A stretch of 64,000 bases of DNA, from positions 7,166 to 71,165 of the forward strand of contig CALUKX010000006.1 in the NCBI GenBank assembly GCA_944321335.1, written 5' to 3'. Each line of letters begins with the position of its first letter. Positions within the stretch are counted from its first letter, which is position 1. Of the stretch, positions 1 to 10,490 are shown piece by piece. The notes under the pieces are model-generated. The model was not told the origin of the DNA and searched no databases. It was given only the letters and a program-made list of their open reading frames with translations. The position numbers were made by a program, and so were the translations under genes. This stretch comes from an uncultured Phocaeicola sp. GTDB taxonomy: Bacteria > Bacteroidota > Bacteroidia > Bacteroidales > Bacteroidaceae.

Positions 1-1680
1 TTGGGCTTCATCATTCGATTCCTTGAGTGGAATAGAAACATTGAACGTACTTCCTTTCATAGGGGTACTTTCAACCTGTAAATGTCCTTTTTGCAGCTCG
101 ATGAGCTTTTTGGTGATGGAAAGTCCCAAACCGAATCCTTCCTGACCTTGAGCACTACGTAACCGAGTGAATTCCTTGAAAATCTTTTCTTGTTCTTGAG
201 GTGTCATTCCACAGCCGGTGTCTTTTACACTTAAAGTGAATTCACCGTCTGTGTAGTTGGTTGTCAGTACAATACCTCCTTCCGAAGTGAATTTCAAAGC
301 ATTCGACAACAGATTTTCAGCTATCTGACGGATTCGGAAAGGGTCTCCTATCAGGTTAAGTGAAGAATCTATGTTCTCTATATATTTGAGTGTCAACCCT
401 TTCTTTGAAGTCAGAGGTAGATAGCTGTTATAGATACATTTGAACAGTTGGCTCGGGCAAAAGGAAACAGACTGAAGGTCCATCTTATTGGCTTCCAGAC
501 GATGGTAATCCAATAGAGATGTAATCAGATCCAGCAGATGGTTAGCCGAACTCTTCATGTTTTGCAGATAGAACAGTTCACGTTTGTCCTTGATGAGTCG
601 CAAAAGCAGATCGATATATCCGAGAATGGAACCGGCCGGTGCTTTGATATCGTGGGTGATGGTAAGCATCAATTTCTCACGGGCGATTAGTAAGTTCTCT
701 GCATATGATTTGGCCTTTTCCAGTTCCTTTCGGTACTTGTTCCTTCGTTCGATATCTTTCCACGTTATCGAACTGAAGATGAATACCAGAATGATAGCTA
801 ATGTTGCAATAGTGGCGATTGTCCAATAGGCTCTTTCTCGAATTTCATGCTCCTGTTTGGCTTTGTTCTCATAGGCTTTCCGCTCATCGATTTCTATCGA
901 TTCCAGAATTTCGTTTACACGCTGGCTCAAGATACTGCCGGCAACACGAAGTTCGTTCAATTGGGTATTCAGACGTTCCTGTTGGGCTTCCTGAGAACGC
1001 AATACTTTCCGCTGCAGATTGGAAAGCATGTTTGCAATCGTATCCACAGGGTTGTATGCTTCGTTGATTGTATCGGTATAGACCTCCTGGGTGATCTTGT
1101 TTACTTGTGTGGAGTCCTCTTCATCTGGCGAAAATACGTCAGCAAGGCGTTTGAAAAATTTTTTTGGTCTGTGATGGATTGTATAGACATCCTGATGCGT
1201 CACGACTCTTTGCCGCAAATGAGTATTGTTCAATAAAGTTGTCTGTTGGGCTATGAGACTGTCGACTTGTTGTTGGTAGAGCTTATTGGTCGGGACATCA
1301 CGCATTGCCTCCAGTACAGCCATCATGTTTTCTTCCTTGCTTTGAAGCAATATACGGACTGTGTCCAGACGTGCTTTCTGCAATGTGTCATTCAGTAAAT
1401 TCTGCAGTGAATCAATATACGCATGGGCATTCTGCATGGCTTCGATGTATTCCGGATAATCGTCAAGCCTACCTGAACGCAGGGTCTGTCCGATGATTTC
1501 AGCTTTATAGAGGTGGTTGAAGATCTGGTATGTAGTCTTTTTCTTGTTGTTTATATTTTCCTCTATTCCTTCCGGATCGGTAAGAAGATCCATCTGGTGA
1601 TAGACATAGACGAAAGACCCCAATAGTATGAAAATGAGGGTGATATATCCGATTGATATTTTCGAAGATGTTGATAGCAT
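1..1680 (-). CDS. Membrane sensor histidine kinase, probably hybrid; 3' end runs off the window
   Basis: Not in the ORF track because it has no stop in the window. ATG at 1680 gives MLSTSSKISIGYITLIFILLG (TM). Motifs: H-box LTITHDIKAPAGSILGY, N-box ENLLSNALKFT, G1 VKDTGCGM, G2 GFGLGLSI. Confidence 0.9.
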   Translation of the reverse strand, partial: MLSTSSKISIGYITLIFILLGSFVYVYHQMDLLTDPEGIEENINNKKKTTYQIFNHLYKAEIIGQTLRSGRLDDYPEYIEAMQNAHAYIDSLQNLLNDTLQKARLDTVRILLQSKEENMMAVLEAMRDVPTNKLYQQQVDSLIAQQTTLLNNTHLRQRVVTHQDVYTIHHRPKKFFKRLADVFSPDEEDSTQVNKITQEVYTDTINEAYNPVDTIANMLSNLQRKVLRSQEAQQERLNTQLNELRVAGSILSQRVNEILESIEIDERKAYENKAKQEHEIRERAYWTIATIATLAIILVFIFSSITWKDIERRNKYRKELEKAKSYAENLLIAREKLMLTITHDIKAPAGSILGYIDLLLRLIKDKRELFYLQNMKSSANHLLDLITSLLDYHRLEANKMDLQSVSFCPSQLFKCIYNSYLPLTSKKGLTLKYIENIDSSLNLIGDPFRIRQIAENLLSNALKFTSEGGIVLTTNYTDGEFTLSVKDTGCGMTPQEQEKIFKEFTRLRSAQGQEGFGLGLSITKKLIELQKGHLQVESTPMKGSTFNVSIPLKESNDEAQ

Positions 1681-1683
1681 GAC

Positions 1684-3009
1684 TTATATAGATTTCATTG
1701 TTTTATATCTGAATCGCAAGTAATACATGATTCCGGCGCTGGTCAGTCCGAATGGAAAAGCCATCCATATGCCAATGATTCCCCAGTCGAATACGAACCC
1801 AAAGATGTATCCCAACGGAATACAAATAATGAAATAGGCGATAAATGAGAAGAGCATCATGGGACGCACATCGGCGATTCCTCGCAACGCGTTGGCAAAA
1901 TTAATCTGCAGTCCGTCGCCGAACTGGTAGATGACAAACGGTATGATTAATTGGGCAACCATGACGCTTACCGTTTCGCTGTCGGTAAACCACGGACCCA
2001 AGTGGTGTCGTAGCAAAAAGATCGGGATAGCAGTAGCGACAATCATGCATAGGATAATATGGAAACCAATATTCGCCGTTCGGCGCACATTGGCGATATC
2101 ATGCTGGCCGCAGAAGTTGCTGATGCGTACAGATACAGCTGCTCCCATGCCGTAATACATCATGAAGCATACTTGTGAGATAGTGAGCATTATCTGGTGG
2201 GAGGCGAGGGCTATGCTTCCTATCCAGCCGACCATAATTACACTCAGACTGAATGCGGCAGTTTCCATTCCCATTTGTGCTGCAACGGGCCAACCCAGCT
2301 TGTTGAGCTGTATAAAATCGTGCTTGTTGACTTTTCCATGGTGATAACCTTCCCGGTAGATGCGGTAACGCGATGTCCGGAAAAAGAAGATGAGATAGGC
2401 AACGACCATCAGGATACGGGCCGATAGGGTCGCTATGCCGGCACCGGTCAGTCCCAATTCAGGCATCCCACATTTCCCGTAAATAAGTATGTAGTTGCCG
2501 ATGATGTTGAAGATGTTTCCGCTCAGCAATATCCACATTGACAATTGGGTGTCGGTAATACCGTCGGAAAATTGTTTGAAAACGTTGAACCATATTACAA
2601 ATGGCATCGATGCGAGCAGGATAAGGAAATATGGCCGCATATACGGCAATAGCTCTTCTGGCTGTCCCAACCGGTCCAGATTAAAATATAGGATACCCAT
2701 GATCAAGCATACCAATAGGAGCAATAATGTATTGGCTGCCAGACTATTCTTTAAAGCATTACCGGCCTTACTTAATTCTCCTTGTCCGAACAGACTGCCC
2801 ACTATAGGGGTCAGCCCATAGGAAAAACCGGTACTGAAGATAATGGCCAGCACAAACATGTTGTTTACAAAACTTGCAGCTGCAAGCTCAGTCGTGCTGT
2901 GATGGCCAATCATCAATGTATCGGCAAACCCAAGGATGATAACTCCTATCTGTCCGATGACTATCGGGATACCTAAGGTTAACAGTGAACGGTAATGCGA
3001 TTGATTCAT
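1684..3009 (-). CDS. MATE family efflux transporter (NorM-like)
   Basis: 441 aa with about 12 hydrophobic segments; FADTLMIGH, LGLTGAGIAT and GIIGIW motifs. Confidence 0.92.
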   Translation of the reverse strand: MNQSHYRSLLTLGIPIVIGQIGVIILGFADTLMIGHHSTTELAAASFVNNMFVLAIIFSTGFSYGLTPIVGSLFGQGELSKAGNALKNSLAANTLLLLLVCLIMGILYFNLDRLGQPEELLPYMRPYFLILLASMPFVIWFNVFKQFSDGITDTQLSMWILLSGNIFNIIGNYILIYGKCGMPELGLTGAGIATLSARILMVVAYLIFFFRTSRYRIYREGYHHGKVNKHDFIQLNKLGWPVAAQMGMETAAFSLSVIMVGWIGSIALASHQIMLTISQVCFMMYYGMGAAVSVRISNFCGQHDIANVRRTANIGFHIILCMIVATAIPIFLLRHHLGPWFTDSETVSVMVAQLIIPFVIYQFGDGLQINFANALRGIADVRPMMLFSFIAYFIICIPLGYIFGFVFDWGIIGIWMAFPFGLTSAGIMYYLRFRYKTMKSI

Positions 3010-4244
3010 TGGATGGCTTTATAATATAAGATACAACAGTTTTCGGGAACGAACGTCTTTTGTGCTATATGCATAGCACGTTCAGCCGTGATTGCCCTAT
3101 ACTTGTTTACTTCCTGATTTATGTCTTCAGCCTTGCCGATGAGTTCGAAGAAGGCCATGTTGGTAGCACGTGTCAGGTAGTTGATGTTGTTGAATATCTG
3201 GTCGCTCTCATAGCGGTTCTTTACTTTTTCCAGCTCGTTTTCTTCAATTGGAATTGTCTTCAGTTGTTCGAGCTCTTCCCAAATCGCTTGTTCCGCCTCT
3301 TCAAGTGTGACTCCAGGAGCCATTTTCCCTGTAATCTGGAGCAATCCTTCATCCAGACTGCCTGATATATAAGAGTCCACTCCGGTAACCAACTTCTTTT
3401 CCCGTATAAGATGTTGGACGAGTCTTGACGAACGGCCGCTTGAAAGGATGTCCGTGAGCAGATCGTATACATGATAGTCTTTGTGGATACGGTTGCACAT
3501 ATGGAAACTCATGTAGATTGTGTCTATAGGTACATTCCGTTCTACAGTCTGTCTGCGGATGGCGGTCTGTACCGGTTCTTTCGGCAGGTTGCGGATAGCT
3601 ACGTTGCGTTTGGGGATAGGGCCGAACCATTTTTCCGACAGACGGACGGCTTCTTCGAATGTAATATGTCCGGAGATGGAAAGGATGGCATTATTGGGGG
3701 CATAGAACCGGTAGAAGAAGTCCTTTACTTCATCCATGGTTGCATTGGCGATATGGCTGATTTCTTTCCCGATGGTCGGCCATTGGTATGGATGGCAGCT
3801 ATAAGCCATCTTCCTCATCAGGTGGTTTGCATCACCGTAGGGCTGATTCAGGTTTCTCTGTTTGAATTCTTCAATCACTACCTGGCGTTGGATTTCCAGA
3901 CTTTGGGTGCTGAAACTCAGGCTGAGCATACGGTCGCTTTCCAACCAGAATCCTGTCTCGATGTTCTGGTAGGGGAGAGTTACGTAATAATTCGTAATGT
4001 CATTGTTTGTCCATGCATTATCTTCTCCTCCTGCATTCTGTACCGGAGTATCATAATCGTCAATGTTGATGGATCCTCCGAACATTAGATGTTCGAAAAG
4101 GTGTGCGAATCCGGTGTGGTCTGGATTTTCATCACGGGCGCCCACATCATAAAGCAGATTGAGGGCAACCATTTGTGTCGAGTTATCTTCATTGTGGATT
4201 ATACGCAATCCGTTGGAGAGTGTATAGTGATTGACGTGTATCAT
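3006..4244 (-). CDS. M16 (pitrilysin/insulinase) family Zn peptidase
   Basis: Inverted zinc motif in TGFAHLFEHLMF; NAWT, FWLESDRM and FYAPNNA motifs. Confidence 0.92.
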   Translation of the reverse strand: MIHVNHYTLSNGLRIIHNEDNSTQMVALNLLYDVGARDENPDHTGFAHLFEHLMFGGSINIDDYDTPVQNAGGEDNAWTNNDITNYYVTLPYQNIETGFWLESDRMLSLSFSTQSLEIQRQVVIEEFKQRNLNQPYGDANHLMRKMAYSCHPYQWPTIGKEISHIANATMDEVKDFFYRFYAPNNAILSISGHITFEEAVRLSEKWFGPIPKRNVAIRNLPKEPVQTAIRRQTVERNVPIDTIYMSFHMCNRIHKDYHVYDLLTDILSSGRSSRLVQHLIREKKLVTGVDSYISGSLDEGLLQITGKMAPGVTLEEAEQAIWEELEQLKTIPIEENELEKVKNRYESDQIFNNINYLTRATNMAFFELIGKAEDINQEVNKYRAITAERAMHIAQKTFVPENCCILYYKAIQ

Positions 4245-4317
4245 TCAAGTATTTTCCTGATATATAAATATGCTTGAAAGGGGCTTGTTCCCCTCTCAGG
4301 CAATATCATGCTAGTTA

Positions 4318-5160
4318 TTATTCTACGATAGTGGCTTTAAGAATCCGGATGTCTTTTTCCGGGCGGTCGGCACGGTTCGTCTTTGCCTTTTCAATCTTGT
4401 CTACAATGTCCATTCCGTCCACTACTTCTCCAAAAACGGTATATGCGCCGTCAAGGTGAGGAGCTCCACCTACAGTGGTGTAGGCTGTGATTTGTTCTTT
4501 CGTGAACTGGATAGCAGGCTCTTTTGCAACGATTTCACGGGCTTGGGCTTCCAAAGTATCCTGTAACGCTATCAATCCGTCCGTATCGTTGGCTTTTCTC
4601 ATCTTGTATATTTCTTTCATATGGTTGCGTGCCAAACCTTGGAATACAGTTTCAAGGCGTGTATCATTCATCTGTCTTTCCATGTTGATAAGCTGTGCTT
4701 CACTGAACGTCCTCCCTGTTACGATATAAAACTGGCATCCCGATGATTCGCGATTCGGGTTAACTTCATCTCCTAAACGGGCTGCAGCCAACACTCCTTT
4801 TTTGTGGAATAAGTCGGGTTTGATTTCAGCCGGGATGGTATAACCGACATCGCCGCTACCTAACGTTGTCGTTGTATCGGTGGCAGTTTTGCTTTGAGGA
4901 TCTCCAGCCTGTATCATGAAATTCTTGATGACACGATGGAATAGAGTACTGTCATAAACTCCTTCCTTCACCAGCTTGATGAAGTTGTCACGGTGTTTAG
5001 GGGTTTCGTTATACAACTTGACTGTAATGTTGCCTTCAGTTGTTTCCAAACGTACAAGGGTTTCGTTACTTGTTGTCATAGGGTCTGTCTTTTTCTGATT
5101 GCTTGTGCATGCTGTGATGCAGCACGCTATCATGGTTAATAATACGATTACTTTTTTCAT
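4318..5160 (-). CDS. Cyclophilin-type peptidyl-prolyl isomerase, likely lipoprotein
   Basis: FHRVIKNFMIQAGD, SSGCQFYI and HLDGAYTVFGEV motifs; N-terminal lipobox-like ITAC. Confidence 0.92.
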   Translation of the reverse strand: MKKVIVLLTMIACCITACTSNQKKTDPMTTSNETLVRLETTEGNITVKLYNETPKHRDNFIKLVKEGVYDSTLFHRVIKNFMIQAGDPQSKTATDTTTTLGSGDVGYTIPAEIKPDLFHKKGVLAAARLGDEVNPNRESSGCQFYIVTGRTFSEAQLINMERQMNDTRLETVFQGLARNHMKEIYKMRKANDTDGLIALQDTLEAQAREIVAKEPAIQFTKEQITAYTTVGGAPHLDGAYTVFGEVVDGMDIVDKIEKAKTNRADRPEKDIRILKATIVE

Positions 5161-5267
5161 AATTGACTTGTTTAGCCTACAAATGTATAAAAAATCACTT
5201 GTTCCGCCTTCTCGTACTGCCTAAAAAATATTGTTGTCTTATAATTGCTTTCTGAATAACCTGAATC

Positions 5268-5307
5268 AAAAAAAAGTCCGGATACTCTGGAGGCAGAATA
5301 CCCGGAC
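5268..5307 (-). terminator. Intrinsic terminator after the PiT gene
   Basis: GTCCGG...CCGGAC stem with an A8 run on the + strand (U-tract on -). Confidence 0.7.
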
Positions 5308-5337
5308 CGGTTTTATTATGGAAAAATAGATATGTGA

Positions 5338-7626
5338 TTACTCGCCTGATGCAAGAATCTTGGCTTCCTGTGGTACATAATCGCCCTGGAAGAATCGGCT
5401 GGCACGCAACAGGTGACGCCAAATACTTACCAATTCCTGTGATTCCTGCAAGATGTTCAAGTAAACCAATGAAGCTTTCAGGCTTCTGCTGTCGGCTTCC
5501 TGCATGTGGTTCATCTGGCGTTTGCGGAGTGAAGATATCTTGTTCTTCAATGCATCGCCTTTAACCAGAATATCATCGGCTTCTTCGTAATTGTTGTTTT
5601 CGATGACAGAACGTGTGCGGTCCATTAAGTTGCATAACTCTTCCCGGATTGGAATGAACTCCTTCACGCATTCGCTCGAAATCGGATTGAAGTTGTTGTC
5701 TACATGTTCTTTACACGGCTCGCAGATTCGTTTCAGACAGTAAAGCATTTCTTCGCAACTGTTACTACCCAGATGGAACCATGTGTTCTTTTCGATAGCG
5801 ATAGTGATTGGAATTCGGCGAAGGCCGAGAATCTCCTTACGGCGACGTTTCTTGAGCATCTTACGTTGGTCGTCGGTTGAGTTCGTAACACGTTTCAGGC
5901 TTCTCAAATCCTCGTTGATGAACCCGTCGGTACTTTTAACGTATGCTTCTTCGGTATATCCGATGTAGCTGGTCAATGTTTCCTTGACGTGCTGGCGGAG
6001 CAATGAAAGGATTTCTGCCTTGTCTTTTGTGCTCATCATGCGCTTGAAGATATCGTCCTGTTGTTCTGCCTGTTTCTTCTTCTTGAATACGATGTTGCTT
6101 CTGATAAGCAGGAATACTGCAATACATATGAAGATAAACATTCCGACAAAACTGGTGTAGAACATGATTACTGTTACCAAAGCACAGATGGTAAATGCTA
6201 CGAAAGCAGTGATGAACCAACCTCCGATTACCGACAGCATACCGGTGATACGATAGACTGCACTTTCACGTCCCCAAGCGCGGTCGGCCAAAGAAGAACC
6301 CATTGCTACGATGAATGTTACATAAGTAGTAGACAACGGCAGTTTCATTGTTGTACCGATGATGATTAGCAGTCCTGAAAGTACAAGGTTGACTGATGCA
6401 CGAACCATATCGAATGCCGCTCCGTTTTCAAGAATAACTTCGTCTTTATTGAAACGGCTGTTGATCCAATTGCGTACTCCTGCCGGAATGACACGGATCA
6501 GGAATTCGTTGATGGAAGTCGCACGACGCACGATTGTACGTGCCAAGGCTGATGAACCGAACATTTCGTCGCCTTCTTCCTGACGTGCCAGATCTACAGA
6601 TGTCTTGATAACGTTTTTCGCTTTCTTCGAAGTCGCCAATGCATAAACCATGATAGCGCCTGAAGCGAAAAGGAAGATGGCCGGAGTCTTTGCCGATGAC
6701 ATCAAAGAAGTCATCATGAAGTCATGAATGCCTGTACCGTTTGAATTGGCTACATAATCAGTATATGCTGAGAAACCTGCCAAAGGAACACCGATGAAGT
6801 TTACAAGGTCATTGCCGGCAAATGCCAATGCCAAAGCGAATGTTCCCAATAATACGATGATGCGGAAAACGTTGACCTTGCACCAATGCAGTATCTGCAT
6901 GAACAATGAGAAGAATACGAAACAGCTGATAACTAGCATCGGAGTGTTTTCGCTGATCCATTGCAATGATTCAGGAGTCATAAACGGCGCACTTTTCAGA
7001 CCTTTGATCAGGACAAAGTATGAAAGGGCTGTTACAGAAATACCTCCAAAGATTCCGATGGTCCATGAAAGGTGCTTCTTGTAGTTGAACGTAAAGATCA
7101 TTCGTGAGATGTACTGCACAACAGTACCGCAGATAAATGCAACCGCTACAGAAAGGAAGATACCCATGATGACCGACAGGGCCTTTTCTGTGTTCATCAT
7201 ATCTCCAAGGCTCAAGGCTCCTGTTTCATCGCCCACTATTTTCAGAATCGCAAGGATAAATGTACCTCCCAACAGCTCGAATACCATCGACACAGTAGTC
7301 GAAGTCGGTAAACCTAGTGTGTTGAATACATCGAGCAGTACCACATCGGTAACCATAACGGCCAGAAATATACACATGATGTCGTAAAAACTGAAGTTTA
7401 CAGGTTGGAAGATACCATGACGTGCAATATCCATCATGCCGTTACTTAAAATCGCCCCCACAAATACCCCAATAGCTGCAACGATAATGATGGTGCGATA
7501 TTTCGCTACCTTAGCCCCCACGGCCGAATTCATAAAGTTTACAGCATCATTGCTGACACCGACCAGCAGGTCGAATATCGCCAGCATGAAAAGGAAAATA
7601 ACTATCCCTAAATAAACTGTTTCCAT
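5338..7626 (-). CDS. Inorganic phosphate transporter (PiT/PHO4 family) with C-terminal PhoU-like helical region
   Basis: PiT signatures GVSNDAVN, GLPTSTT, GNDLVN and LPLSTT. Likely start is METVYLG at 7626, downstream of a -7 box, rather than the ORF-track start at 7734. Confidence 0.88.
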   Translation of the reverse strand: METVYLGIVIFLFMLAIFDLLVGVSNDAVNFMNSAVGAKVAKYRTIIIVAAIGVFVGAILSNGMMDIARHGIFQPVNFSFYDIMCIFLAVMVTDVVLLDVFNTLGLPTSTTVSMVFELLGGTFILAILKIVGDETGALSLGDMMNTEKALSVIMGIFLSVAVAFICGTVVQYISRMIFTFNYKKHLSWTIGIFGGISVTALSYFVLIKGLKSAPFMTPESLQWISENTPMLVISCFVFFSLFMQILHWCKVNVFRIIVLLGTFALALAFAGNDLVNFIGVPLAGFSAYTDYVANSNGTGIHDFMMTSLMSSAKTPAIFLFASGAIMVYALATSKKAKNVIKTSVDLARQEEGDEMFGSSALARTIVRRATSINEFLIRVIPAGVRNWINSRFNKDEVILENGAAFDMVRASVNLVLSGLLIIIGTTMKLPLSTTYVTFIVAMGSSLADRAWGRESAVYRITGMLSVIGGWFITAFVAFTICALVTVIMFYTSFVGMFIFICIAVFLLIRSNIVFKKKKQAEQQDDIFKRMMSTKDKAEILSLLRQHVKETLTSYIGYTEEAYVKSTDGFINEDLRSLKRVTNSTDDQRKMLKKRRRKEILGLRRIPITIAIEKNTWFHLGSNSCEEMLYCLKRICEPCKEHVDNNFNPISSECVKEFIPIREELCNLMDRTRSVIENNNYEEADDILVKGDALKNKISSLRKRQMNHMQEADSRSLKASLVYLNILQESQELVSIWRHLLRASRFFQGDYVPQEAKILASGE

Positions 7627-7656
7627 ATAAAAATTGTTCAATAGATTTTTCGGTTG

Positions 7657-7714
7657 CAAAGGTATGGCTGGCATGTTATAAGAGGGTGTCATACATATTA
7701 CATTTGTGTTACAA
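7657..7714 (-). promoter_or_regulatory. PiT promoter: -7 box TACCTTTG plus 11-bp-spaced Pho-box-like repeats
   Basis: CAAAGGTA at 7657-7664 on +; hexamers TTATAA, TGTCAT, TTACAT and TTACAA at 7676, 7687, 7698 and 7709. Confidence 0.55.
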
Positions 7715-7767
7715 AAAAAGTGAGTTAATTTCACCTCTTCTTCTTATGTTTATATACTTAAAATTTC

Positions 7768-7775
7768 TAACTTTG
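7768..7775 (+). promoter_or_regulatory. Bacteroidetes -7 box upstream of purH
   Basis: TAACTTTG matches TAnnTTTG, 25 nt before the ATG. Confidence 0.6.
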
Positions 7776-7800
7776 CGATGAATATTAAAATCTTATAGCA

Positions 7801-9327
7801 ATGTCAGAGTCGAAGAGAATAAAAACCGCGTTAGTGTCGGTTTATCACAAGGATGGTTTGGATGCGATTATCCGCCGGCTTGCAGAAGAAGGTGTTGAGT
7901 TTTTGTCAACGGGTGGTACACGTCATTTTATTGAAGAACTGGGATATCCATGTCATGCTGTGGAAGATCTTACCGGTTATCCGTCAATCTTGGGTGGACG
8001 TGTGAAAACCCTTCATCCGAAAGTTTTCGGTGGTATCCTTTGTCGCCGTGATCTGGAAGGCGATCAGGAGCAGATCAAACAATATGAAATCCCTGAAATT
8101 GACCTGGTCATTGTCGATTTGTATCCTTTCGAAGATACAGTGGCTTCAGGTGCTGATGCACAGTCTATCATTGAAAAAATCGATATCGGTGGTATCTCAT
8201 TGATCCGTGCGGCGGCAAAGAACTTCAATGATGTTGTAATCGTAGCCAGCAAGGCTCAGTACCAGCCCTTATATGATATCATCTCAAAGAACGGAGCGGT
8301 TACTACACTCGAAGAACGCCGTTGGTTCGCCAAGGAAGCGTTTGCCGTTTCTTCACATTATGATTCTGCTATCTTCGGATGGTTCGACGGTGATAATCAT
8401 TCTGCTTTCCGTTGTGCTGTAGAAGAACCGAAAGCTTTGCGCTACGGTGAAAATCCTCATCAGAAAGGATTGTTCTTCGGGAACCTCGACAAGATGTTCG
8501 ACCAGCTTCACGGTAAGGAGATCTCTTATAACAACCTGCTTGATATCAATGCAGCTATCGATCTGATTGATGAATTCAAGGGTGAAACTACTTTTGCTAT
8601 CCTGAAACATAATAACGCTTGCGGTCTGGCTTCACGTCCAACCTTGATCGAGGCTTGGAAAGATGCTTTGGCTGGCGATCCGGTTTCTGCGTTCGGCGGT
8701 GTACTGGTAACTAATGTTCCTGTTGACCGCGAAACAGCTGAAGAAATCAACAAGATTTTCTTTGAGGTAATCATTGCTCCTGCTTACGATGCTGATGCAC
8801 TTGATGTATTGTATCAGAAAAAGAACCGTATCGTTCTGGTACGCAAGGATGTGGAATTGCCGAAGGTACAGTTCCGTTCGTTGCTGAATGGTGTACTGGT
8901 TCAGGATAAAGACTTGAAGACTGAAACTCCGGCCGACCTGAAGGTGGCTTCTATCAAGGCTCCGACTGAAACTGAAATTGAAGATCTGCTTTTTGCCAAC
9001 AAGATTGTGAAACAGAGCAAGAGTAATGCTATCGTACTTGCTAAAGGTAAACAGCTTGTTGCCAGCGGTGTAGGACAGACCTCACGTGTCGATGCTTTGA
9101 AACAGGCTATCGAAAAGGCGAAGTCGTTCGGCTTCGACCTGAATGGAGCTGTAATGGCAAGCGATGCCTTCTTTCCGTTCCCTGATTGTGTGGAAATTGC
9201 CGACAAGGAAGGTATCAAGGCTGTTATCCAGCCGGGGGGATCGGTAAAAGACGATTTGACATTCCAGTATTGCAACGAACACGGTGTAGCTATGGTTGTA
9301 ACTGGCACTCGTCACTTTAAACATTAA
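7801..9327 (+). CDS. purH: Bifunctional AICAR transformylase/IMP cyclohydrolase
   Basis: GGRVKTLHP, IDIGG, LRYGENPHQ, SDAFFPF and the terminal RHFKH motif. Confidence 0.98.
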   Translation: MSESKRIKTALVSVYHKDGLDAIIRRLAEEGVEFLSTGGTRHFIEELGYPCHAVEDLTGYPSILGGRVKTLHPKVFGGILCRRDLEGDQEQIKQYEIPEIDLVIVDLYPFEDTVASGADAQSIIEKIDIGGISLIRAAAKNFNDVVIVASKAQYQPLYDIISKNGAVTTLEERRWFAKEAFAVSSHYDSAIFGWFDGDNHSAFRCAVEEPKALRYGENPHQKGLFFGNLDKMFDQLHGKEISYNNLLDINAAIDLIDEFKGETTFAILKHNNACGLASRPTLIEAWKDALAGDPVSAFGGVLVTNVPVDRETAEEINKIFFEVIIAPAYDADALDVLYQKKNRIVLVRKDVELPKVQFRSLLNGVLVQDKDLKTETPADLKVASIKAPTETEIEDLLFANKIVKQSKSNAIVLAKGKQLVASGVGQTSRVDALKQAIEKAKSFGFDLNGAVMASDAFFPFPDCVEIADKEGIKAVIQPGGSVKDDLTFQYCNEHGVAMVVTGTRHFKH

Positions 9328-9354
9328 TTTTTGTATTTAATATTATTGTAAGAA

Positions 9355-10377
9355 ATGGGATTGTTCTCCTTTACACAAGAAATAGCGATGGACCTTGGTA
9401 CTGCCAATACCATCATCATCAGTAACGACAAGATTGTGGTTGACGAACCTTCTGTCGTTGCGTTGGACCGTCGCACTGATAAGATGATTGCTGTAGGTGA
9501 GCGTGCCAAGCTGATGTACGAGAAGGAAAATCCGAACATCCGCACTGTACGTCCCCTGCGTGACGGTGTTATCGCCGATTTCAATGCCTGCGAACAGATG
9601 ATGCGCGGGCTTATCAAGAAAGTAAATACCGGACGCCGATTGTTTACTCCGTCGTTGCGTATGGTTATCGGTGTCCCTTCAGGTTCGACCGAAGTGGAAT
9701 TACGTGCAGTACGTGACAGTGCAGAACATGCAGGTGGACGTGATGTATATCTGATCTTCGAACCTATGGCTGCAGCTATAGGTATTGGCTTGGACGTAGA
9801 AGCACCGGAAGGAAATATGATTGTTGATATTGGTGGTGGTTCTACTGAAATAGCCGTAATTTCGTTGGGTGGTATCGTTTCCAATAACTCTATCCGTATT
9901 GCAGGTGATGACTTGACTGCTGATATACAGGAGTATATGAGTAGACAACACAATGTCAAGGTCAGTGAACGTATGGCTGAACGTATTAAGATTCATGTTG
10001 GAGCAGCTTTGACCGATTTGGGTGATGAGGCTCCGGAAGATTATATTGTTCGTGGTCCGAATCGTATCACGGCCCTTCCGATGGAAGTTCCTGTATGTTA
10101 TCAGGAAATCGCTCATTGCCTGGAAAAGAGTATTGCGAAAATTGAAACCGCTATTTTAAGTGCTCTTGAAAACACGCCTCCTGAATTGTATGCCGATATT
10201 GTAAGTAATGGTATCTATCTGGCAGGTGGAGGTGCCTTGTTGCGAGGTCTTGACAAACGTCTAACTGATAAGATTAATATTCCCTTCCACATTGCGGAAG
10301 ATCCTTTGTTGAGTGTTGCCAAAGGAACCGGTATTGCATTGAAGAATGTAGACCGTTTCTCTTTCCTTATGCGATAA
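9355..10377 (+). CDS. mreB: Rod shape-determining actin homolog MreB
   Basis: DLGTANT, EPSVVA, RPLRDGVIADF, VDIGGGSTE and GGGALL motifs. Confidence 0.98.
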   Translation: MGLFSFTQEIAMDLGTANTIIISNDKIVVDEPSVVALDRRTDKMIAVGERAKLMYEKENPNIRTVRPLRDGVIADFNACEQMMRGLIKKVNTGRRLFTPSLRMVIGVPSGSTEVELRAVRDSAEHAGGRDVYLIFEPMAAAIGIGLDVEAPEGNMIVDIGGGSTEIAVISLGGIVSNNSIRIAGDDLTADIQEYMSRQHNVKVSERMAERIKIHVGAALTDLGDEAPEDYIVRGPNRITALPMEVPVCYQEIAHCLEKSIAKIETAILSALENTPPELYADIVSNGIYLAGGGALLRGLDKRLTDKINIPFHIAEDPLLSVAKGTGIALKNVDRFSFLMR

Positions 10378-10490
10378 AAGGGAAATATTAGTAAAGGATA
10401 GTCAGCCATTGAGGGTAGGATAATTATATCCTGTTCTTAATTGCTGGCTTTTGTGGTTTTAGAATTTAACTATAATAATGTATTCTCATC

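Noticed and set aside
7627-7734. N-terminal extension of PiT in the ORF track
   Set aside because: It spans the -7 box and repeat region; ATG 7626 fits better. Likely downstream starts were also chosen for rodA, the TonB-like protein, the coiled-coil protein, the OMF and the second SGNH.
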